From Felis catus (Eukaryota): DNA of 64,000 nt. The stretch lies in contig NC_058368.1 of assembly GCF_018350175.1 (NCBI RefSeq), positions 139,936,001 to 140,000,000 on the forward strand. Reading direction: 5' to 3'. Position numbers and translations under genes: made by a program. Numbering within the stretch: the first letter of the stretch is position 1; every line of letters starts with the position of its first letter. Below, piece by piece: positions 53,000 through 64,000 of this stretch. Below the pieces are notes generated by a model, which did no database searches, was not told where the DNA came from, and saw only the letters and a list, made by a program, of their open reading frames with translations.

Positions 53000-55900
53000 A
53001 GCATCCACATATGAGTGAAAACATATGGTATCTGTCTTTCTCTGTGTGACTTATTTCACTTACCATAACACTCTCCAGTTCCATCCACGTTGCTACAAAA
53101 GGCCATATTTCATTCTTTCTCATTGCCACGTAGTATTCAGTATTCAACTAAATGTCCATTCAGTTGATGGACATTTAGGCTCTTTCCGTAATTTGGCTAT
53201 TGTTGAGAGTGCTGCTATAAACATTGGGGTACAAGTGCCTCTATGCATCAGCACTCCTGTATCCCTTGGGTAAATTCCTAGCAGTGCTATTGCTGGGTCA
53301 TAGGGTAGGTCTATTTTTAGATTTTTGAGGAACCTCCACACTGTTTTCCAGAGTGGCTGCCCCAGTTTGTATTCCCACCAGCAGTGCAAGAGGGTTCCCA
53401 TTTCTCCACATCCTCTCCAGCATCTATAGTCTCCTGATTTATTCATTTTGGCCACTCTGACTGGCATGAGGTGATATCTGAGCGTGGTTTTGATTTGTAT
53501 TTCCCTGATGAAGAGTGACGTTGAGCATCTTTTCATGTGCCTGTTGGCCATCTGGATGTCTTCTTTAGAGAAGTGTCTATTCATGTTTTCTGCCCATTTC
53601 TTCACCGGGTTATTTGTTTTTCGGGTGTGGAGTTTGGTGAGCTCTTTATAGATTTTGGATACTAGCCCTTTGTCCGATATGTCATTTGCGAATATCTTTT
53701 CCCATTCCGTTGGCTGCCTTTTAGTTTCGTTGGTTGTTTCCTTTGCTGTGCAGAAGCTTTTTATCTTCATGAGGTCCCAGTAGTTCATTTTTGCTTTTAA
53801 TTCCCTTGCCTTTGGGGATGTGTCAAGTAAGAAATTGCTATGACTGAGGTCAGAGAGGTCTTTTCCTGCTTTCTCCTCTAGGGTTTTGATGGTTTCCTGT
53901 CTCACATTCAGGTCCTTTATCCATTTTGAGTTTATTTTTGTGTATGGTGTGAGAAAGTGGTCTAGTTTCAACCTTCTGCATGTTGCTGTCCAGTTCTCCC
54001 AGCACCATTTGTTAAAGAGGCTGTCTTTTTTCCATTGGATGTTCTTTCCTGCTTTGTCAAAGATGAGTTGGCCATACGTTTGTGGGTCTAGTTCTGGGGT
54101 TTCTATTCTATTCCATTGGTCTATGTGTCTGTTTCTGTGCCAATACCATGCTGTCTTGATGATGACAGCTTTGTAGTAGAGGCTAAAGTCTGGGATTGTG
54201 ATGCCTCCTGCTTTGGTCGTCTTCTTCAAAATTACTTTGGTGATTCGGGGCCTTTTGTGGTTCCATATGAATTTTAGGATTGTTTGTTCTAGCTTCGAGA
54301 AGATTGCTGGTGCAATTTTGATTGGGATTGCATTGAATGTGTAGATAGCTTTGGGTAGTATTGACATTTTGACAATATTTATTCTTCCAATCCATGAGCA
54401 TGGAATGTTTTTCCATTTCTTTATATCTTCTTCAATTTCCTTCATAAGCTTTCTGTAGTTTTCAGCATACAGATCTTGTACATCTTTGGTTAGATTTATC
54501 CCTAGGTATTTTATGCTTCTTGGTGCAATTGTGAATGGGATCAGTTTCTTTATTTGTCTTTCTGTTGCTTCATTATTAGTGTATAAGAATGCAACTGATT
54601 GCTGTACATTGATTTTGTATCCTGCAACTTTGCTGAATTCATGTATCAGTTCTAGCAGACTTTTGGTGGAGTCTATCAGATTTTCCATGTATAATATCAT
54701 GTCATCTGCAAAAAGTGAAAGCTTAACTTCATCTTTGCCAATTTTGATGCCTTTGATTTCCTTTTGTTTTCTGATTGCTGATGCTAGCACTTCCAACATT
54801 ATGTTAAACAACAGCAGTGGGAGTGGACATCCTTCATGTTCCTGATCTTAGGGGGAGAGCTCTCAGTTTTTTTCCTATTGAGGATATTAGCTGTGGGCTT
54901 TTCATAGTGGCTTTTATGATGTTTAAGTATTTTCCTTCTACCCCGACTTTCTCGAGCGTTTTTATTAAGAAAGGATGCTGAATTTTGTCAAATGCTTTTT
55001 CTGCATCAATTGACAGGATCATGTAGTTCTTATCTTTTCTTTTATTAATGTGATGTATCACAGTAATTGATTTGTGAATATTGAACCAGCCCTGCAGCTC
55101 AGGAATGAATCCCACTTGATCATGGTGAATAATTCTTTTTATATGCTGTTGAATTCAATTTGCTAGTATCTTATTGAGAATTTTTGCATCCATATTCATC
55201 AGGGATATTGGCCTGTAGTTCTCTTTTTTTACTGAGTCTCTGTCTGGTTTAGGAATCAAAGTAATGCTGGCTTCATAGAATGAGTCTGGAAGTTTTCCTT
55301 CCCTTTCTATTTTTTGGAATAGCTTGAGAAGGATAGGTATCATCTCTGCTTTAAATGTCTGGTAGAATTCCCCAGGGAAGCCATCTGGTCCTGGACTCTT
55401 ATTTGTTGGGAGATTTTTGATAACTGATTCAATTTCTTCACTGGTTATGGGTCTGTTCAAGATTTCTGTTTCCTCCTGAGTTTTGGAAGCATGTGGGCGT
55501 TTAGGAATTTGTCCATTTCTTCCAGGTTTTCCAGTTTGTTGGCATATAATTTTTCATAGTATTCCCTCATAATTGCTTGTATCTCTGAGGGATTGGTTGT
55601 AGTAATTCCATTTTCATTCATGATTTTATCTATTTGGGTCATCTCCCTTTTCTTTTTGAGAAGCCTGGCTAGAGGTTTATCAATTTTGTTTATTTTTTCA
55701 AAAAACCAACTCTTGGTTTCATTGATCTGCTCTACGGCTTTTTTTAGATTCTATATTGTTTATTTCTGCTCTGATCTTTATTATATCTATTCTTCTGCTG
55801 GGTTTGGGGTGTCTTTGCTGCTCTGTTTCTATTTCCTTTAGGTGTGCTGTTAGATTTTGTATTTGGTATTTTTCTTGTTTCTTGAGATAGGCCTGGATTG

Positions 55901-56797
55901 CCATGTATTTTCCTCTCAGGACTGCCTTCGCTGCATCCCAAAGCATTTGGATTGTTGTATTTTCATCTTCATTTGTTTCCATGTATTTTTTAATTTCTTC
56001 TCTAATTGCCTGGTTGACCCATTCATTCTTTAGAAGGGCGTTCTTTAACCTCCATGCTTTTCGAGGTTTTCCAGACTTTTTCCTGTGGTTGATTTCAAGC
56101 TTTATAGCATTGTGTCTGAAAGTATGCATGGTATGATCTCAATTCCTTTATACTTATGAAGGGCTCTTTTGTGACCCAGTATGTGATCTGTCTTGGAGAA
56201 TGTTCCATGTGCACTCGAGAAGAAAGTATATTCTGTTGCTTTGGGATGCAGAGTTCTAAATATATCTGTCATGTCCATCTGATCTAATGTATCATTCAGG
56301 GCCCTTGTTTCTTTATTAATCCTGTGTCTAGATGCTCTATCAGTTGTTGTAAGTGGGGTATTAAAGTCCCCTGCAATTACCACATTCTTGTCAATAAGGT
56401 TGCTTATGTTTGTGAGTAATTGTTTTATATATTTGGGGGCTCCCGTATTCGCCGCATACACATTTATAACTGTTAGCTCTTCCTGATGGATAGACCATCT
56501 CAGTATTATATAATGCCCTTCTTCATCTCTTGTTACAGCCTTTAATTTAAAGTCTAGTTTGTCTGATATAAGTATGGCTACACCAGCTTTCTTTTGACTT
56601 CCAGGAGCATGATAGATAGTTCTTCATCCCCTCACTTTCAATCTGAAGGTGTCCTCAGGTCTAAAATGAGTCTCTTATAGACAGCAAATAGATGGGTCTT
56701 GTTTTTTTATCCATTCTGATACCCTATGTCTTTTGGTTGGAGCATTTAGTCCATTTACATTCAGTGTTATTATTGAAAGATATGGGTTTAGAGTCAT
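53000..56797 (-). pseudogene. L1 ORF2p (APE endonuclease, reverse transcriptase, Cys-rich C-terminus), disrupted
   Basis: MTLNPYLSIITLNVNGLN start; GDFNTPL (EN); [22 protein letters not shown] (RT); [15 protein letters not shown]; broken into at least seven ORF pieces, longest 555 aa. Confidence 0.96.
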
Positions 56798-56865
56798 TGT
56801 GATGTCTGTAGGTTTCATGCTTGTAGTGATGTCTCTGGTACTTTGTGGTTCTTGCAACATTTCAC

Positions 56866-57759
56866 TCAGAGAATCCCCCTTAGGATCTCTTGTAGGGCTG
56901 GTTTAATGGTGATGAAATCCTTTCAGTTTTTGTTTGTTTGGGAAAACCTTTATCTCTCCTTCTATTCTGAATGACAGACTTGCTGGATAAAGGATTCTTG
57001 GCTGCATATTTTTTCTGTTTATCACATTGAAGATTTCCTGCCATTCCTTTCTGGCCTGCCAAGTTTCAGTAGATAGGTCCACCACTACTCTTATGGATCT
57101 ACCTTTGTAAGTTAGAGCCTATTTATCCCTAGCTGCTTTCAGAATTTTCTCTTTATCCTTGTATTTTGCCAGTTTCACTATGGTATGTCATGCAGAAGAT
57201 CCATTCAAGTTACATCTGAAGGGAGTTCTCTGTGCCTATGGATTTCAATGCCTGTTTCCTTCTCCAGATCAGGGAAGTTTTCTGCTATGATTTGTTCATG
57301 TACACCTTCAGCCCCTTTCTCTCTCTCTTCTTCTTCTGGAATTCCTATGATACAGATATTGTTCTGTTTGATTGCATCACTGAGTTCTCTAATTCTCCCC
57401 TCCTACTCCTGGATTTTTTTATCTCTTTTTTTCTCAGCTTCCTCTTTTTCCATAATTTTATCTTCTAATTCACCTATTCTCTCCTCTGCCTCTTCAGTCC
57501 GTGCTTTGGCCGCCTCCATTTTATTTTGCACCTCATTTATAGCATTTTTTAGCTCCTCATGACTGTTCCTTAGTCCCTTGATCTCTGTAGCAATAGATTC
57601 TCTGCTGTCCTCTGTGCTTTTTTCAAGCCCAGCAATTAATTTTATGACTATTATTCTAAATTCTTGTTCTGTTATATTGCTTAAATCGGTTTTGGTCAAT
57701 TCATTAGCTGTCACTACTTCCTGGAAATTCTTTTGAGGAGAATTCTTCCGTTTTTTCAT
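56866..57759 (-). pseudogene. L1 ORF1p (RNA-binding, coiled-coil), disrupted
   Basis: MKKRKNSPQK...coiled coil (57403-57759); ...QPRILYPASLSF...; ends PALQEILRGIL* at 56866; split by a stop and a frameshift. Confidence 0.92.
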
Positions 57760-58680
57760 TGGATAGTCCCTGGAGTGGTGAGGAACTTTGGGGCATATCC
57801 CCTGTCCTGTCTGGAGTAACTTGCATTGGTGGGCGGGGCAGTCGTCAGACCTGATGTCTGCCCCCAGCCCGCCACTGGGGCCACAGTCAGACTGGTGTGT
57901 ACCTTATCTTCCCCTCTCCCAGGGGCAGGACTCACTATTAGCTGGGGTGGATCTGCAAGGTGCACGCGGGGGGGGGGGGGGGGGAGGGGCAGGCTTAGCT
58001 TGCTTTGCCATAGGTGGTCCCCTGCGGGAGGGGCCCTGCAGCACCAGGAGGGAGGCAGTCCCGTTGGAGGGATGGATCCACAGAAGCACAGAGTTGGGCG
58101 TTTGCCCGTTGCAAGCAGGTTAGGTGACAGGAACTGGTTCCCTTTGGGATTTCGGCTGGGGGATGGGAGGGGGAGATGGCATTGCCAGTGCCTTTGTTCC
58201 CTGCCGATCTGAGCTCTGTCTTCTGGAGCTCAACACTTCTCACTCCCGGTGTCCTCTTGCCCTCCTGCTCTCTGAGCAGAGCTGTTGAGTTTTAACATTC
58301 CAGATGTTAAGTCTCACTGGCTGTCAGAACTCACGTAGTCTGGCCCCTCTGCTTTTGCAAGTCAGACTCGGGGATTCTGCCTTGCTGGGTGGGCTGCCCC
58401 TCCACCGCCCTGGCTCCCTCCCGCCAGTCTGTATAGCGTGCACCGCCTCTCCACCCTTCCTACCCTCTTCCGTGGGCCTCTTGTCTATACTTCGCTCCGG
58501 AGAGTCCGTTCTGCTAGGCTTCTGGCGGTTTTCTGGGTTATTTAGGCAGGTGTGGGTAGAATCTAAGTGATCAGCAGGACAAGGTGAGCCCAGCATCCTC
58601 CTATGCTGCCATCTTCTCCTATTCTTTTCACTTTTAAGTAGACAATCCACCTGGAACTGATTTTTGCCTATGGTGTGAGG

Positions 58681-58708
58681 TTATTATTATTATTATTATT
58701 ATTATTAT
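58681..58708. repeat. (TTA)n microsatellite
   Basis: Directly visible. Confidence 0.95.
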
Positions 58709-59636
58709 ATGAGAATATCCAAATGATCAAGAACCATTGCTGAAACAGGTTTTCCTCTCCCAGGTGCTCTACAGTAGAATTTTTGTCATAATCAAGCAAT
58801 TGTGAACATGTGAATGTGAATCCTGAATACTTAATTCTGCCCCCCGGATTTCAGCCTGTTTATGCCTTTCTGGATTTAGTTTCTGTAGGGCCTCCACAGT
58901 ACTCGATTACTTAACTCTTAGCTTTCTCTAACAGAATCTGACCTATCTAGCTTTTTCACTGCCCAATATCCTTGCTTCAGAGTAGGTTTTTCACGCTGAA
59001 TGCTATGCACACAGTAAGCAGGTCCTCAGTACGTTTGTTCCACAAATTGATGTTTTCCCCTCATTCTTACCCTCTTCTCCTTCCTCTCTTTTTTCCTGTT
59101 TTATCTTGATTATAGATTTGGAGAGACCAACTGAGGGAAGCACGGAAGCTAAACATTCTGGGTAGCGAATGAGTGCCTTCCTTACATAAGCAAGGAGGAA
59201 AAAGTTGGCTGCTTTTGTGCCCGTTGCTTTCTTTGAAGCTCTAGGTTTAAGGAAGTGGGTAGAGGAGGTGGGTTAATTTCAGACTGTTGCCAGCAGACTG
59301 TCACTCCCCCAACATGCCAGCTGCTCCCCAGAGTGAGCATGTGTTATTTCTGAACATCAGAGGGACTTAGTCACCAATTCTAAAGTCTAAATTCATCTAA
59401 TATTTGAATGAATGCTAATACCTGTTAGCCATTATAGCAACATAAACATGTGTACACACAGTCACATGCCCGCATGTGCGCACACAAAGCTGAATGTACC
59501 TTAAATGCTAGCGGCTATGACTTACGATACTCTATCACCTCACAAGTAGTCACCATAGTAATTACAGGGACAAAGCAACATAACGATGGTAAGTGGTGTT
59601 GTCAAGAGAATCTTGCCTTTCTGCTAAACCATTTTA

Positions 59637-59868
59637 TTTATTTTTTTTATTAAATTTTTTTGTTTAACGTTTATTTATTTTTGGGACAGAGAGAGACAGA
59701 GCATGAACGGGGGAGGGGCAGAGAGAGAGGGAGACACAGAATCGGAAGCAGGCTCCAGGCTCTGAGCCATCAGCCCAGAGCCTGACGCGGGGCTCGAACC
59801 CACGGACCGCGAGATCGTGACCTGAGCCGAAGTCAGACGCTCAACCGACTGAGCCACCCAGGCGCCCC
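59637..59868 (-). mobile_element. Young felid CAN-SINE
   Basis: Perfect 17-bp TSD tctgctaaaccatttta (59620-59636 / 59869-59885). Confidence 0.96.
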
Positions 59869-61884
59869 TCTGCTAAACCATTTTAAATAAGCACATGCTA
59901 TATGTCTCCTCACTACACAAATAAAACTTAATACTGTCCCTCCACCATTCCTTCCTCTCGAATTCAACTGTACCCTCTAAACCTTCTAATAATATAGAAA
60001 TTCTAATATCTGATATAGATACTAGTGACATTGCTGCTGCTAATGGAATTTGATGTATTTTGGAGAAATTGCCAGGTATTCTAAGTTGTGTGTTTGTTTG
60101 CTTGTTTGTTTGTTTTTATATATACTAGGTCATTTTACTTTTATAATAGTCCTAGGAGGCAGTTACTATTATTTCCTACATTTTATTCTCTTTTCCTTCT
60201 TCCCACTTCCTCTGGAGTCACAAGGCTAGCAAGTCACGGAGTCAGGGCTAAAGCTAGGGCCTGCCACACTGCAGGAGGACGCACAGCCACAGTTTACCCT
60301 AGGGCCATAAGTCATGTCCGTGGCATAGTGTCCTTTGGGCATCTGCACATAGTGAATGTCCTCAGTGACCAAAGCATGGGTAAATGTGGCTGCGGGAGAG
60401 TTTGGTGGACAAACAGTGCTGTAACTCCCAATCTTGCTTCTGGTTGTAACTAGATAGCATGGCATAGGAATTCTGACTCCCTGCCTTAGGCTGCAGAATT
60501 TCTCTTTTTTAATGCCAGGCATTCTCAACAGAGGCTTTTAGACAAGCTGCATTGACAATAATCTTTGCTCAGTGGTAAGGAAAGCTGAATTTCCCATTTG
60601 GAGAGAACAGACAATCTGTGACAGTTAAGTTTTTCACTGTTGGACCAAGAAAAGTTAAAACTTATTTGTGACTTTCTTCATTTCTTCCTTTCATCCTCCC
60701 TCTCCCTCTCCCTTCCACTCTCTCTCTCTTTCTCTCTGAAGGTTTGGCTGCCATATTATCTGGAGCAAAGCATCAGGTTAAATGACCTTGTAGAGTCCTT
60801 TCTGGCCTATGATTTTAGGAATTAGTGGCAACTTTCTGGAGAATTTGCCAAATCAGCAAAGAAAGCAATACTCCTTTCTTGCTTTGTTTGCTACCATTCC
60901 CTGCCATGGCCTCTGTCACCACCTTTCCTGCTCTCCTACTCTTTTTAAAGCAACAAGTCATGCTTTATCACAGCAGCGATCTATTTTCATTTCAACGTCA
61001 GCATGTACTGTGCCCTCCACCCACAAGATCTCAGCCTCCCTTAGGCTACGCTTCTGTGGACCCTCTCCCTGGCCCTCTGGAATGTGTCTCAAACTGGATA
61101 TTGGGTCCTTGAGTTCTGTAAGATTCTTTAAACTTAGTATTTTTATTTCTTATGAAAATCTGAAACTTTTTTTTTAGCCAGATAAAAGCCCCAAACTCTT
61201 TTTCACAAAGATAATTCATTATTAAGAGACATTTTCATCAGGTTCATAAATCAGTGTTCCTCAAATCTGAATCCTGGAATCCTTATAGTCCACAGACACA
61301 GATGACCCCTCCTGAGGTCTTCCTTTGTCCCCTGTTGCACCAGCTCCTTGCCCTGTTGTGTGGTCTGTCTGATAATACTGTCCCTTTCCTTGTAAAAAAG
61401 AGGTTTTTTCCTGCAGCCCCAAACTTCTCCCCCTACATTAATCACTTTCTGAGTCCTTCTCTATTTCACATATCCTTGTCATTTTCTGAGCCTCCCCTTC
61501 CTTCACCTTTCTCTATGACCTGACCTTTCCCCTCTACTCCTGGCAATTCCATTTCTGTGTACAGCTTTAAGGTTATTATTTGGCAAGGAATGGAAGAGCA
61601 GAGAAAGTCAGCCTGCGCTAACAAGCAGTCTGAGTAACGCAATAGTTAAAGAAATGTGATTTTCTTTTGGTGACACCGCACTGGAATTATATTGTAGGGA
61701 ATTTAGTAAATCTTAAAGAAAAAGGAAATACGTAAAATGAGTAGTTCATTGTTTGAAGATGAAAATTGTTGCTAAAGATCTTCTTTAGAAGGGGGTCAGC
61801 ATTTCTACAATCGTACTATTTATTTGCGTAGTGAATCCTTCAAAAAAAAGTTTAATCGATGTGTCGATTATCTTACCATAAGCT

Positions 61885-63150
61885 TCATAAGGTCCATTAG
61901 TGTTGTTGTAAATGGCAAAATTTCATCCCTGTCTATGGCTGAGTAATATTACATATATCCATTATATATGTGATATATATATCACATTATATATATGTTA
62001 TCACATTTTCTTTATCCGCTCATCTATGGATGAACACTTAGGTTGCTTCCATATTTTGGCTATTGTAAATAATGCTACAATAAACATAAGGGTGCAAATA
62101 TCTTTTTGAATTGGTGCTTTTGTTTTCTTTGGGTAAATATCCAGTGGTGAAATTGCTGGATCATATGGTATTTATATTTTTAATTTTTTGAGGAACCTTT
62201 ATACTGTTTTTCAGAATGGCTATACCAATTTACGTTCTCATCAACAGTGCAGGAGGGTTCCCTTTCTCCACATCTTTGCCAATCCTGTTGTTTCTTGTGT
62301 TGTTGATTTTAGCCATTCTGACAGTTGTGAGGTGATACCTCACTGTGGTTTTGATGTGTATTACCCTGATGATCAGTGATATTGAGCATCTTTTCATATG
62401 TCTGTTGGGCATCTGGATGTCTGGAAAAATGTCTATTCATGTCCTCTTCCCATTTTTTTTTTTTAATTTATTTTTTTGGGACAGAGAGAGACAGAGCATG
62501 AACGGGGGAGGGGCAGAGAGAGAGGGAGACACAGAATCGGAAACAGGCTCCAGGCTCCGAGCCATCAGCCCAGAGCCTGACGCGGGGCTCGAACTCCCGG
62601 ACCGCGAGATCGTGACCTGGCTGAAGTCGGGCGCTTAACCGACTGCGCCACCCAGGCGCCCCACCTCTTCCCATTTTTAATGGGATTATTTGTTTTGGGG
62701 GGAGTTGAGTTGTAAGAGTTCTTTATATATTTTGGATATTAACCTCTTATCAGGTATTTCATTTGCAAATATCTTCTTCCATTCAGTACGTTGCCTTTTT
62801 GTTTAATTGATGATTTCTTTTGCTGTACAAAAGGTCTATATTTTAGTAGAGTCCCAATAGTTTAGTTTTGCTTTTGTTTTTCTTGCCTGAGGAGGTATAT
62901 CTAGAAAAATGTTGCTAAGGCCAATGTCAAAGAAATTACTGCCCATAATCTCTTCTACGAACTTTATGGTTTCAGGTCTCATATTTAGGTCCTTTAATCC
63001 ATTTGAGCCTATTTTTATGTATGGTACAAGAAAGCGGTATAGTTTCATTATTTTGCAAGTATCTGTCCAATTTTCCTGGCACCATTTGTTGAAGAGACTG
63101 ACTTTTCCCCATTGTATGTTCTTGCCTCCTTTGTCGTAGATTAATTGACT
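61885..63150 (-). mobile_element. Carnivore L1 ORF2 C-terminal fragment
   Basis: ORFs QLIYDKGGKNIQWGKVSLFNKWC and [14 protein letters not shown] are ORF2 homologues. Confidence 0.92.
62457..62662 (-). mobile_element. Young felid CAN-SINE
   Basis: TSD cctcttcccattttt; CpGs intact. Confidence 0.96.
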
Positions 63151-63362
63151 GTAGATTAATTTCTTCACATCTTCTATCAGTTTTTGCTCTAAGCTATCTA
63201 TTCAAGGATGTGTATGTGGCAAACAAGCTTACAAATATAGTATCTGCTTGTAGGACATAAGGTAGATTTGTTTCCTGATCAGTTTAATAAATATAGTATC
63301 TCCCTCTGAGGTAAAGGATAGGCAGGTTTGGTAGTTGTCCCATTTAAAAGATTGGGGTTTCG

Positions 63363-63572
63363 TGGGGCATCTGGGTAGCTCAGTCAGTTGAGTGTCTGAT
63401 TCTTGATTTCAGCTTGGGTCATGATCCCAGGGTCATGGGATTGAGCCTTGCGTTCGGCTCTGTGCTGACTCTGGAGCCTGCTGAGGATTGTCTCCTTCCC
63501 TCTCTTTCTGCCCCACTCCCCTATTTGCATGAGCGTGCTCTCTCTCTCTAAAATAAAAATAAAAAAATAAGA
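63363..63572 (+). mobile_element. CAN-SINE (older subfamily)
   Basis: Head ggggcatctggg; degenerate TSD aaaag(a/g)tt(g/a)gggtttc. Confidence 0.9.
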
Positions 63573-63592
63573 CAAAAGGTTAGGGTTTCCTG

Positions 63593-63757
63593 TGGGAGGT
63601 GATATAAGTGAAATAGGTGATGGGGATTAAAGAGCACACTTGTCATGATGAGTACTGTGTAATGTATAGAATTGTTGAATCACTATATTGTACACTTGAA
63701 ACTAAGTGTATGTTAACAATACTGGAATTAAAATAAAAAAACTTAATAATAAAAAAA
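63593..63757 (+). mobile_element. Short 5'-truncated carnivore L1 3' end
   Basis: ggggattaaagagcacacttgtcatgatgag...ttgtacacttgaaactaa...A-tail. Confidence 0.8.
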
Positions 63758-64000
63758 GAGAGATTTCCTGAGTTTAGAGTTCCTAATCTGTGGCATAAAC
63801 CCACTGTGTTTTCTGCATCACCTGGTGGGATTTGTGGAGCAAGGAAAATCAATTTGAACATGAAGCTCATGCTAGCTACTGTACCATGAGTAATAACATT
63901 CCAGTCCTTGACCCAGGGGTCTTGTGTCTTCTGCCAGAATCTCTGAACCTGTGGCAAGTTAACTTGTTATCTTGCAAGTAGGATAAAAATCTCAGACCCT

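Larger units (their letters stand above)
52770..58619 (-). mobile_element. Near-full-length felid LINE-1, inactivated
   Basis: GC-rich 5'UTR beginning ggagaagatggc (YY1-type motif), ORF1, short spacer, ORF2, 3'UTR and A-tail; multiple stops and frameshifts. Confidence 0.97.
63160..64000 (+). mobile_element. ERVL LTR (MER77-like) interrupted by a SINE and an L1 3' end; runs off the window
   Basis: tgacccaggggtcttgtgtcttctgccag...cttgcaagtaggataaaaatctcagaccct. Confidence 0.75.

Noticed and set aside
53144..54811. 555-aa reverse-transcriptase ORF as an active or novel RT system
   Set aside because: It is the C-terminal part of ordinary L1 ORF2; the upstream EN and RT parts are frameshifted and the C-terminus is truncated
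57756..58650. Other overlapping GC-rich ORFs in the L1 5'UTR
   Set aside because: Mostly non-ATG starts or dependent on a G homopolymer; expected in GC-rich sequence. Only the ATG-initiated 58304-58570 ORF was kept, as a hypothesis
60088..61523. Several 90-120 aa ORFs in unique sequence
   Set aside because: Overlapping on both strands, no recognisable homology or coding-like composition
584..62674. Recurring 60-70 aa ORFs such as MAQSVERPTSAQ...LEPASDSVSPSLS and GGAEREGDTESETGSRL
   Set aside because: Translations of CAN-SINE bodies, each with a tRNA-like head, A-tail and often a TSD; not a gene family, and not a CRISPR-like array since spacing is irregular and orientation mixed

Overview
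Repeat-dense mammalian DNA from a cat-family (felid-type) carnivore, inferred from ~27 tRNA-derived CAN-SINEs, several of the young felid type, and a felid-type LINE-1. I recognise no protein-coding gene, RNA gene or CpG-island promoter, so the window looks intronic or intergenic. Nearly all ORF-track entries are SINE, L1, LTR or microsatellite artefacts. Main contents: one near-full-length but disabled L1 (~52770-58619, minus strand); a young CpG-rich gammaretrovirus-like solo LTR with a perfect 4-bp TSD (21209-21624); a nested LTR stack (21.7-23.8 kb); many old L1M, MaLR, ERVL, hAT, MIR and L2 fragments; microsatellites. I found no clearly new biological system. The best leads are an antisense ORF plus splice donors in the L1 5'UTR reminiscent of primate ORF0, inverted-repeat rearrangements at the same position in three independent L1 copies, a possible target-site deletion at the L1 insertion, two motif-dense unique blocks that may be enhancers, and a few unassigned candidate exons. 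Repeat family names come from recalled consensus sequences, not a database search; boundaries without a quoted TSD are approximate.
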